In this document: positions 8,602 to 16,436 of the stretch, piece by piece
Position numbering within the stretch: position 1 is the stretch's first letter
Layout: every line of letters starts with the position of its first letter
DNA from: a virus
Taxonomy: Duplodnaviria; Caudoviricetes
DNA: 26,782 nt
Reading direction: 5' to 3' (one strand)
Virus record (IMG/VR): IMGVR_UViG_3300017780_009425
Location: 1 to 26,782 of that record
Notes under the pieces: generated by a model
The model's database searches: none
The model's input: the letters and a program-made list of their open reading frames with translations, nothing else
Told to the model about the DNA's origin: nothing
Position numbers and translations under genes: made by a program

Positions 8602-10193
8602 GCGAAGCTCTTAGAAATGCATATTTATTATCGTTTAATGACCCAAATGACTCTAGGGCTGGAACATCTTACATTAAAGCGGATAATTTCGGTTTTGTTA
8701 TCGGAGGATCAGGTAGTGTAAATTTTAGTAAAAATATTAGATTATTTACTGGAGTTAACCGAGGACAAGCTGCTTTTGGAACAAGCGTACTAGGGGGAGA
8801 TCGTCATAGTGTTTGTTCTACGTATGGTTTTATTGCCGCAGGACTTTGTAATCTTATTAGTGGCAATAATGCAACAATTGGTGGAGGAAGCTTTAATTGT
8901 GCATGTGGTGTTGATGCAACCATTGGGGGAGGATGTTGTAATTGTACATGTTTACGTGGCGCAACAATTGGTGGAGGAGTTAGTAATGCTGCAAATGGCT
9001 GTAATACAACAGTTGGTGGAGGAATCTCTAATTGTGCAATTTGCAGTGGTTCAACAGTTGGTGGAGGAGCTCGTAATCTTGCAGATGGCAATTATGCAAT
9101 AGTTGGTGGAGGATTTTGTAATATTGCACGTTGCGAAAATGCAACAATTGGTGGAGGATTTTGTAATAGAGCAAGTTGCAATGGAACAGTTGGTGGAGGA
9201 GTTAGTAATGAGGCATGTGGCATTAATGCAACAATTGGCGGAGGATATCGTAATTGTGCAGCTTGCGATAATACAACAGTTGGCGGAGGATGTTGTAATA
9301 AGGCATGTGGCGAAAATTCAACAGTTGCTGGAGGAAAGTTCAATCTTGTAGGTTGTGGCTGTGATGTAACAATTGGTGGAGGAGTTAGTAATTGTGCTTG
9401 CTGTTCATGTTTTTCAACTATTGGTGGAGGAACTGGTAACGCTATTACTTCTTGTAGTCATGGTGCAACAATTGGTGGAGGAACTAGCAATACAGCGGGA
9501 TGCGATTCATGTTTTTCAACTATTGGTGGAGGATGTTGTAATAAAATAATAGGCTTTTGTGGTGGAGCAGTTTGTCTTTCTTTTATTGGCGGAGGAGCTC
9601 TTAATTCTATATGTAACGTAGCTAGTTGTTGTTGTAACAATGTTTCTACAAGTTTTTCAACAATTGTTGGGGGCAGATGTAATTCTATAATTAGTGAACA
9701 TTGCGGCTCTTCTTGTTGTGATGGTAAGTTAGCAATTTTTTCTTCTATTGGTGGAGGAACTGGTAATGCTATAAATAGCTCTTATTCAACAATTGGTGGA
9801 GGAAGCGATAATAAAGTATTTGCAGATTATGGTTATATACCAGGCGGAAGGCTTTCAACCATTATATCAGGTCACACTGGATCTGCTATTCTAGGAGACG
9901 GCCAAAACCGAGCCCATAATTCTTCTGGAGCACATTCTTTAACATTAGACTTTGCTAGTGGAGTATATTTCGCTAAACCACCTGTATTCGGAAATATTAA
10001 TTTTAATTCTCGACCAACTGTTCAAGGAATTGGTGTGATGCTACAGGGAGAAGCAGGTAGTAATGTTTTTCTTGGAGGAGTGCCAGCAACGCCAAACAGC
10101 GATGGAAGTAATGGTCAAATTGCTATAGATTCTAGATATTTTTACATTAACAATGGATCTAAATGGCGTAGAACTGCTCTTGCTGAATGGTAA
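8598..10193 (+). CDS. Cys-rich Gly-repeat beta-solenoid fibre/adhesin A
   Basis: About 22 units of a ~14-aa repeat (S/A)T(I/V)GGGxxNxAxxx, 42 Cys by manual count, and a C-terminal GQIAIDSRYFYI...WRR module. Confidence 0.75.
   Translation: MSEALRNAYLLSFNDPNDSRAGTSYIKADNFGFVIGGSGSVNFSKNIRLFTGVNRGQAAFGTSVLGGDRHSVCSTYGFIAAGLCNLISGNNATIGGGSFNCACGVDATIGGGCCNCTCLRGATIGGGVSNAANGCNTTVGGGISNCAICSGSTVGGGARNLADGNYAIVGGGFCNIARCENATIGGGFCNRASCNGTVGGGVSNEACGINATIGGGYRNCAACDNTTVGGGCCNKACGENSTVAGGKFNLVGCGCDVTIGGGVSNCACCSCFSTIGGGTGNAITSCSHGATIGGGTSNTAGCDSCFSTIGGGCCNKIIGFCGGAVCLSFIGGGALNSICNVASCCCNNVSTSFSTIVGGRCNSIISEHCGSSCCDGKLAIFSSIGGGTGNAINSSYSTIGGGSDNKVFADYGYIPGGRLSTIISGHTGSAILGDGQNRAHNSSGAHSLTLDFASGVYFAKPPVFGNINFNSRPTVQGIGVMLQGEAGSNVFLGGVPATPNSDGSNGQIAIDSRYFYINNGSKWRRTALAEW
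8780..9850 (+). repeat. ~42-nt coding tandem repeat (core GCAACAATTGGTGGAGGA)
   Basis: Recurring (g/t)caacaattggtggagga...aat, mostly every 42 nt. Confidence 0.9.
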
Positions 10194-10281
10194 TTAAATT
10201 ATTGTTTTTTATATTTGCATAACTACAAATACTTGGATAAAAACGGCTTTGGCCTCTTGGTAAATTTTAATAAAAATAAAA

Positions 10282-10288
10282 GTGTAAT
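10282..10288 (+). promoter_or_regulatory. GTGTAAT motif
   Basis: Intergenic; GTGTAA ends 22 nt before ATG 10310; the leader carries AAGGA twice. Confidence 0.6.
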
Positions 10289-10309
10289 CCTATATAAGGA
10301 TTAAGGATA

Positions 10310-12004
10310 ATGCCAAGAAATAGAATAATCTATAATGTAGAGGGTTTATATGTTGCTCCATATAGTGGAGAACAAAAAGCTGGTTCTGATTATTACTTAG
10401 CTAATAATATTATTCTTAAAAGATTAGAAAAAATACAGAACTTTAATTATTCAATCCAACAGCCCAGATTAAATGCTCAAGGGTTTGGACAAAAACAAAA
10501 TATATTTCGCGGAATTTCTGGCCCACCAGAAGTAACTTTTAATTTTTCGTATATTCCTGATGGTGTTACAAATGAAAACAGATTAGACTTTAATGTTAAT
10601 CATTTTTCTGGATCCAACACTCCAATGTTTTCTGGGTTATGCACTAATAGTGGATTACTAAATGATAGAGATTTTTATCTTGTTATAAATAAAGATGATA
10701 ATGATTTGTTTTCTGAAAATGTAACCTTAAGCAGCTCTTTAATTAATCCAAGTAATGTTACTCAAATAATAAATTCAAATAGTCAAAATTATGGATTATT
10801 ACATTTTCAAAACTCTTATCTTACTGAATATTCTTTTAATGTTTCAGTTGGAAATTTACCAGTAGTAAATCAAAGTTATATTGCTGATAATATTGTTTTT
10901 TATATTAGTGGATCTGGAGTTCAATATTCAACTCTTGATTTAAAGTCTGGAATTAATCAAGTAAATAATGATACAGTCGTTATTCCAAAAGCTTTAAATT
11001 ATAATCAAACTGCAATTAGTGGACAAAATATTCTTTTACCAGGAGATGCTAGTGTTACTTTTTATAGAAATCCAATAAATGATTCAACTAATATTATTAG
11101 TTTAATTCCTGAAAATATAACCCCAATAACTATGAGTAAAGTTGGAAATGTATTTACAAAAATTGATGGAATTACTTCTTTCGATGCTCAAGCTTATTCT
11201 AGCATAGGCTATAATAATAACATGTATGTTGAGGCAAAAGCTAATCAAACCACAGCTGGAATTATGGTTGGATTAAGTAGTGATCCTTCGCCAAGCGCTA
11301 ATTATGATACAATAAATTATGCTTGGCATCCTAATTCAATTGCAGTTTGTCATATCTATGAAAATGGCACACTTATAGGTAGTTTTGGAGGTTATACAAC
11401 TTCAACAAAATTTAGAATAGAATACGATGGAAAGACTGTGACTTATTTTAAAGATGGTGCTGCTGTAAGATCAGTTGATGTATCAATTCCAAATACAACT
11501 TATTATTTTGATTCAAGTTTTAATCAGGTAGGCGGAGCTATAGCTGCTAATTATGGAGCTCTTTCTAATATTCAATACTACAATGATACAATCCAAAGTT
11601 TAGATTATTCATTATCTTTTAATAGAAAACCTTATAGAGCAATTAATTATAAATTCCCATTATTAAGAAAAATGGAGTTTCCAATTAATGGAAAATTAAA
11701 TACTAGTTTTATAGTGAAAGAAGATTTTGAAGGTTCATTTTTTGATACATTAAATAGAGATGATGATTATAATGTTGTTGTTGATTTTAGTAATTCAAGA
11801 AAAGGAGTAGATAAAACAAAATTCACTTTTAGTGGTTGTAAATTCACAAACATTAATTACGACTCTTCTATCGGAAGCAATAAAACTGCCACATTAAGTT
11901 TTGATTTTGATCTTGATCCAGATTTTGGAAGAAGAGGATTATTTGTTAGTGGAAACATATTATATGGAGTTTTGAATAATACAAAGAAAGTATTGATATT
12001 TTAA
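10310..12004 (+). CDS. tail-tube-like structural protein with duplicated domain and inserted beta-sandwich
   Basis: Internal ungapped 40-aa repeat (IQNFNYS..R..K..R..P / IQSLDYS..R..K..R..P); central segment resembling ConA/SPRY-type beta-sandwich domains. Fold assignment is inference. Confidence 0.55.
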   Translation: MPRNRIIYNVEGLYVAPYSGEQKAGSDYYLANNIILKRLEKIQNFNYSIQQPRLNAQGFGQKQNIFRGISGPPEVTFNFSYIPDGVTNENRLDFNVNHFSGSNTPMFSGLCTNSGLLNDRDFYLVINKDDNDLFSENVTLSSSLINPSNVTQIINSNSQNYGLLHFQNSYLTEYSFNVSVGNLPVVNQSYIADNIVFYISGSGVQYSTLDLKSGINQVNNDTVVIPKALNYNQTAISGQNILLPGDASVTFYRNPINDSTNIISLIPENITPITMSKVGNVFTKIDGITSFDAQAYSSIGYNNNMYVEAKANQTTAGIMVGLSSDPSPSANYDTINYAWHPNSIAVCHIYENGTLIGSFGGYTTSTKFRIEYDGKTVTYFKDGAAVRSVDVSIPNTTYYFDSSFNQVGGAIAANYGALSNIQYYNDTIQSLDYSLSFNRKPYRAINYKFPLLRKMEFPINGKLNTSFIVKEDFEGSFFDTLNRDDDYNVVVDFSNSRKGVDKTKFTFSGCKFTNINYDSSIGSNKTATLSFDFDLDPDFGRRGLFVSGNILYGVLNNTKKVLIF

Positions 12005-12031
12005 TTTTTAACGCATATAATATAGTGTAAT
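11993..12031 (+). promoter_or_regulatory. sigma70 consensus promoter TTGATA-N17-TATAAT plus GTGTAAT
   Basis: TTGATA 11993-11998, TATAAT 12016-12021, GTGTAAT 12025-12031, ATG 12037. Confidence 0.55.
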
Positions 12032-12036
12032 ATCTT

Positions 12037-12318
12037 ATGAAAACTATGCTATCTAAAATCTTTGGTGTCAATTGGAGATCTTCCACTTCTGGAGTTACCA
12101 CAGTAATAGCAATTACTACCGCAATAGCGATTCATTCTGATCCTTCATTGGTTTATTTTCTTCCAGACGCAGCAGAAGTTTATATTGTAGGAATTTCAAA
12201 ATTGGTTGCTGTTGTTTCTGGTATAGTTTTTGCATTAACAGTAAAAGATTCAGCAGTTACTGGTGGGTCAGTAGCCCAAACAATTGAAGCAGAAAAAAGA
12301 ACTGGAGAAAATATATGA
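12037..12318 (+). CDS. putative holin
   Basis: 93 aa, two hydrophobic segments, NWRSS..G start, first gene of the cluster ending in the endolysin. Confidence 0.6.
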   Translation: MKTMLSKIFGVNWRSSTSGVTTVIAITTAIAIHSDPSLVYFLPDAAEVYIVGISKLVAVVSGIVFALTVKDSAVTGGSVAQTIEAEKRTGENI

Positions 12319-12764
12319 ATAAATTACAATTAGCCGCAGTTGCTCTTTTGAGCGTATTTCTTGGAGCTTGTGTTACAACTAATACTGGAAAAGTTGATGT
12401 TGCAACAAGTGTTGAAAATACTCTTCCTTATGTTAAACCTGCAGTTGTGCTTGCTTGCACTGTTGTTCTTGACCAAGCCACTTCTGGTAATGATAGAATT
12501 GAAAAAGCTAAAATGATAAACAATGTTGCAGCAATCGTAGAAGCACTAACAGTTGGAACTGCTCCAACTCCAGCACAACTTCAAAAAGCTCTTAATGATT
12601 ATCTTCCAAGTGAAAAAACTCATTGGGCAAATTATGTTACCGTAATCAAAGATCTTTACGCTCAACAATTTGCTAGGCTAGATGGAAACGGTGTTCTTGC
12701 AGCAAAGGTACTTAACGCTATTGCCTCTGGTTGCAAAGACGCAACAGCAAGTTACGTAGAGTAA
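12315..12764 (+). CDS. lipoprotein
   Basis: Signal peptide with lipobox LGAC; Ala-rich helical body. Confidence 0.75.
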   Translation: MNKLQLAAVALLSVFLGACVTTNTGKVDVATSVENTLPYVKPAVVLACTVVLDQATSGNDRIEKAKMINNVAAIVEALTVGTAPTPAQLQKALNDYLPSEKTHWANYVTVIKDLYAQQFARLDGNGVLAAKVLNAIASGCKDATASYVE

Positions 12765-12766
12765 TT

Positions 12767-12967
12767 ATGCCAACTGGAATATTAACAGCTATACTTTCAG
12801 CAGTATCTGGAATATTCTCAGCAATCAATAATGTGTTCGGAGCAAAGAACACAAAAGAAATGAAAGATCGCCAAGAAGCTCAAAAAGAAGTTGACCATCA
12901 AAGTGGAATTGAACATGCAGTAAAGGACAAAGACCTTGAAGAAGCTCGCAAGCATATTAGCTCTTAA
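12767..12967 (+). CDS. putative i-spanin-like protein
   Basis: Likely start ATG 12767 (MPTGILTAIL...); hydrophobic N-terminus and charged helical tail; overlaps the following lipoprotein gene. Confidence 0.5.
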   Translation: MPTGILTAILSAVSGIFSAINNVFGAKNTKEMKDRQEAQKEVDHQSGIEHAVKDKDLEEARKHISS

Positions 12968-13352
12968 TTTTCTTTTTATTGGTTGTACAACGGTGACTCC
13001 TAATAAAATACAAGATGACAAATCATCTTATGACGCAACCACACCAAAACAATATGACAAAGACAATGGTGGATTGATTTCTTTCATTGGCGAGGATGCT
13101 CTCATTACGCGTCAGGCGCGCGAACGATATAATAATTTAATTAAAATGTATAGAATCAAATTTAAAAAAGAAAAAGCAATTGATCTAACTGAAGATTCTG
13201 GAGTTAAGTCTTATAAGGATAATTTTGGCAATGAATTATTTTTAATTGATAGCGAACATCTTGTTTATTTTGGAGTTCTTAATAGTTGGTTAAAAGAAAA
13301 AGTATCTCAAGATAACATACTAGACAAAACAATAGATAAAATTAATAATTAA
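12936..13352 (+). CDS. lipoprotein, putative o-spanin-like
   Basis: TTG start, MKKLASILALNFLFIGC lipoprotein signal; 32-nt overlap with the upstream gene as in overlapped spanin pairs. Confidence 0.6.
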   Translation: MKKLASILALNFLFIGCTTVTPNKIQDDKSSYDATTPKQYDKDNGGLISFIGEDALITRQARERYNNLIKMYRIKFKKEKAIDLTEDSGVKSYKDNFGNELFLIDSEHLVYFGVLNSWLKEKVSQDNILDKTIDKINN

Positions 13353-13354
13353 AA

Positions 13355-13981
13355 ATGCTATCTAAGAAATCTCTTGACCTTATATTAGAATTTGAAGTTG
13401 GTGGTGGTGAAAACTATTATAATAAATTTTTAAAAAATCCAGCTTGGCCAGAAGGTCAAAGCGGAGTTACAATCGGCGTTGGTTACGATTTAGGCTATGT
13501 AAATAAAACTGAATTTAGCGAAGATTGGAAAGATCTTCCTAAAGAAATTTTCGATAGATTATATAAAGTAGTTGGTATAAAAGGATATAATGCGAAGAAT
13601 CTTATAAGAGGATTAAGGGATATTGTTATTCCTTGGGAATTATCATTGCAAGTCTTTAATAATAAAACAGTAACTAAGTTTTGGAATTTAACAAAAGATA
13701 CTTTTCCTAATTTTGATAAAATGCCAGAAGATGCAAAAGGCGGATTAGTTAGTCTTGTATTTAATAGAGGTAGCGCTCTTGAAGGTGATCGTCGCCGCGA
13801 AATGAAATTAATAAGAGACGGTATGAGAATAACAAATACTTTTGATCAAAAAGCTTTAACTTTTATAGCTAACCAAATAAGAAACATGAAAAGAATATGG
13901 GCTGGTGGAAGTATTGAAAAGGGCATGAATAGAAGACGAGATGCTGAAGCTAAATTAATAGAACAATCTTTAAACGTGTAA
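13355..13981 (+). CDS. endolysin (lysozyme-fold muramidase, pesticin C-terminal-like)
   Basis: ILEFE, SGVTIGVGYDLG, LVSLVFNRG and RRRDAEAKL motifs typical of T4-lysozyme/pesticin-like muramidases. Confidence 0.85.
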   Translation: MLSKKSLDLILEFEVGGGENYYNKFLKNPAWPEGQSGVTIGVGYDLGYVNKTEFSEDWKDLPKEIFDRLYKVVGIKGYNAKNLIRGLRDIVIPWELSLQVFNNKTVTKFWNLTKDTFPNFDKMPEDAKGGLVSLVFNRGSALEGDRRREMKLIRDGMRITNTFDQKALTFIANQIRNMKRIWAGGSIEKGMNRRRDAEAKLIEQSLNV

Positions 13982-13982
13982 T
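13976..13982 (+). promoter_or_regulatory. GTGTAAT motif formed by the last codon and stop of the endolysin
   Basis: GTG TAA T; GTGTAA ends 8 nt before ATG 13990. Confidence 0.55.
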
Positions 13983-13989
13983 AGCCTTT

Positions 13990-14139
13990 ATGAAAAAGCT
14001 ATTATTGATATTACCGCTATTTTTATTAATATCTTGTTCTGAATCAAATTATGAAAGCAGAGAATTACCAACCAAATATCCAGAAACTCCAACTATGGGT
14101 TCTGCTGATGATGTTAGTAAAGAATTATACAAAAAATGA
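13990..14139 (+). CDS. 49-aa lipoprotein (not in ORF track)
   Basis: MKKLLLILPLFLLISCSESNYESRELPTKYPETPTMGSADDVSKELYKK*; lipobox LISC; ATGA overlap with 14136. Confidence 0.75.
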   Translation: MKKLLLILPLFLLISCSESNYESRELPTKYPETPTMGSADDVSKELYKK

Positions 14140-15710
14140 ATATAAATATAGGCAAAGGCGGAAGCGGAAAAATTAATTCCACAAAAGGTGGAAGTGGCAA
14201 ATTAATTGAAAAAAAATATATAGACCTCTTACCTTCTCCTTCTAATCTTACTTTTCTTTTTGATCCAATTTTTTATAAAAAAGAAATTCAAAATGAGAGA
14301 TATAAAATTCTAGTATCAGACTGTTCTCTGTCTTATGTTAATGGTATATATAGTCAAACTGTAAATCCAAAATTATTTAATAATCGCCCATATTTTTTAA
14401 AAGATGATGATACTGATATGGCAATTTATGATAATGATGCTGGATCTTGGCTTATTAGAGATTCAAATCAAAGAGATTATACTGATATTTTTACAAAGAT
14501 TAATTATTGTAGTTCTTCAAACGATTGTTACCCAGACCAGTTAGATTGGAACTTTCCAGATGGTGGAGAGGCACTTGGAAATGAAACTCCGCCAACAATA
14601 ACACAATATTTAAATGAAACTACAGATGACGGTGGAGCTCTTGATCCATGTAAGCTTGAACAAATAAGAGAGTATCAAATTAATGGGATCGTGCCTACCA
14701 TTCATGATACAGCTTCCTCTAGACAACACATCTATGGAGTTTCTTTTAATACTAAAAAAGCTCAAATCATAAATAATACATTTTCTTATATCAAAAATCC
14801 TGATAATTCAGATGTAGAAAATAAAAGAGGCACAAAAAATTATACAAAAATCATTTATGACGATGTAGCTAAACACAAAGACTCTCATTTTCCACTTTTA
14901 TTTTTAAAAAAAAATGATAGTAGTCCTTTATACACTTATGGACCTGGCATTTCTTCAACGTTTAATTTATTCATAAGATTACAAAGACCAATTCAACATA
15001 AAAATAAAAACAATCCACAATATATTTCTAGAGAAAAAAAAGGTGTATTTTTTAATTCTAATATAGGCTACCAATCTGGTTTTACAATAGGCTATAGATC
15101 TCCATACTACAATATAGTAGGACAACCAAGTTATCGAGGAGTATTTAATAATTTTAGTTTTATTTTTAGCATGGGACTTGCTGGCGGAGCTTATATCACA
15201 AATAGTCCAACATCTAAATATATAAACTTTACATTAATGACAGATTATAAATATTCTTTTGGAGAAATGCATATGCTTACATTAAGATGCGACGGAACTG
15301 ATATTCAAGTTTATATAAATGGACAATTACAAACCACTGCACTTTTACAGTTTAATCCATTAACTCATCCATCGCCTAAACCAGGTATGGGTGGGTTTGG
15401 CAAAAATATGTATTTACAAAGAAAACAAAAAATGCCACTTGGTCCAGGATTTAGAAAATTAGATGGAACAGTATATGCAAACACAGGAACAAGTTGGGGA
15501 AATGGATATTTTCCATATTTTAATGGAAATTATTTTTGTCTTGGAAAATCTAATATTGGTAATACTACTAATACTACACAGGGTAGTTCTAGAGCAAGAA
15601 AAAGATATCTTAATAATTTAGATATTGGTGTAATAAGTACGTATAACGTAGCTCTTTCACAAACTCAAATTTTTGAATTATATAATAATTTTATACATAG
15701 GTATAAGTAA
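14136..15710 (+). CDS. LamG/concanavalin-A-like domain protein (probable virion appendage)
   Basis: C-terminal HMLTLRCDGTDIQVYINGQL...DIGVISTYNVALSQTQIFELYN pattern of LamG-like jelly rolls. Confidence 0.65.
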   Translation: MNINIGKGGSGKINSTKGGSGKLIEKKYIDLLPSPSNLTFLFDPIFYKKEIQNERYKILVSDCSLSYVNGIYSQTVNPKLFNNRPYFLKDDDTDMAIYDNDAGSWLIRDSNQRDYTDIFTKINYCSSSNDCYPDQLDWNFPDGGEALGNETPPTITQYLNETTDDGGALDPCKLEQIREYQINGIVPTIHDTASSRQHIYGVSFNTKKAQIINNTFSYIKNPDNSDVENKRGTKNYTKIIYDDVAKHKDSHFPLLFLKKNDSSPLYTYGPGISSTFNLFIRLQRPIQHKNKNNPQYISREKKGVFFNSNIGYQSGFTIGYRSPYYNIVGQPSYRGVFNNFSFIFSMGLAGGAYITNSPTSKYINFTLMTDYKYSFGEMHMLTLRCDGTDIQVYINGQLQTTALLQFNPLTHPSPKPGMGGFGKNMYLQRKQKMPLGPGFRKLDGTVYANTGTSWGNGYFPYFNGNYFCLGKSNIGNTTNTTQGSSRARKRYLNNLDIGVISTYNVALSQTQIFELYNNFIHRYK

Positions 15711-15761
15711 GATCTGTCCCACCTAGAGTGGTAATGTTGGACAACAACAGACATTAGTAAT

Positions 15762-15792
15762 ATTAGCATAATGTTCTATCCGTTATGCTAAT
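15762..15792 (+). other. stem-loop
   Basis: ATTAGCATAA / TTATGCTAAT 10-bp perfect inverted repeat, extendable by a G-U and a G-C pair; no U-tract. Confidence 0.6.
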
Positions 15793-15797
15793 TAAAA

Positions 15798-15828
15798 TTA
15801 GATTTAATTTACCTGTTAAGTGTATAAT
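15798..15828 (+). promoter_or_regulatory. promoter: TTAGAT...GTGTATAAT (hybrid of both promoter motifs)
   Basis: TATAAT 15823-15828 is 6 nt before ATG 15835 and is preceded by GTG. Confidence 0.5.
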
Positions 15829-15834
15829 ATATAG

Positions 15835-16425
15835 ATGAGTATCACCAATCCTGATAATTTTGGTTTTGAATCTATAGATGCTGCTAGGCCTGGGCCAAAG
15901 TCATCTGCTCAAACTCCATCTAAACCTAGCGAAAGAAGAAAAGGCTCTTCTAAAAATAAGCCTGGTAGCGCTGGATCAAAAAGCGATAAAGCAATAGAAT
16001 TTTCTAAAAAAGTTATAGAAGCTCTTAAAAATAAAGTCAAAGAACATAATAGTAAAAACAAGAAAAAAGTTACTCTTGGTCAATTAAAAAAAGTATTTCG
16101 TCGTGGTGCAGGTGCATTTTCTTCCTCTCACAGACCAGGACAATCACGAGTTTCTTGGGCAATGGCAAGAGTAAATACTTTTCTTAGAATGGTAAGTGGA
16201 GGAAAAGTAAAAGATTCTTATCGTAAAGCTGATAGTGATATAGCAAAAGCATCAAAAAACGATTACATAATTGAAATTACTTTTGAACCTAACGAAGAAG
16301 ACTTTAAAGAAGCGCAAGAGGATATTAAAAATTATGATTTAAATGATTTTGATTTTAATAGTGCTGAAGAGTTATATCTAGAAGATGAAGAAGATGGTGT
16401 AACTATTTACGGGCTAGATATATAA
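15835..16425 (+). CDS. basic/acidic bipartite protein with RRGAGAF..HRPG..WAMARVN motif
   Basis: Lys/Ser-rich N-terminus, conserved-looking helical core, Asp/Glu-rich C-terminus. Confidence 0.7.
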   Translation: MSITNPDNFGFESIDAARPGPKSSAQTPSKPSERRKGSSKNKPGSAGSKSDKAIEFSKKVIEALKNKVKEHNSKNKKKVTLGQLKKVFRRGAGAFSSSHRPGQSRVSWAMARVNTFLRMVSGGKVKDSYRKADSDIAKASKNDYIIEITFEPNEEDFKEAQEDIKNYDLNDFDFNSAEELYLEDEEDGVTIYGLDI

Positions 16426-16436
16426 TATATAAAAAT

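Noticed and set aside
8716-8721. GTGTAA inside the fibre A coding sequence
   Set aside because: Followed by A rather than T, with no nearby start codon; treated as a chance match.
8804-9640. Alternative-frame and antisense ORFs over fibre A (QQLVEE / HPPPIV repeats)
   Set aside because: Shadows of the 42-nt coding repeat; broken by stops and lacking start signals.
14151-14210. GKGGSGK and KGGSGK resembling a ParA-type Walker A
   Set aside because: Short duplicated N-terminal peptide lacking the following T/S and any ATPase domain.
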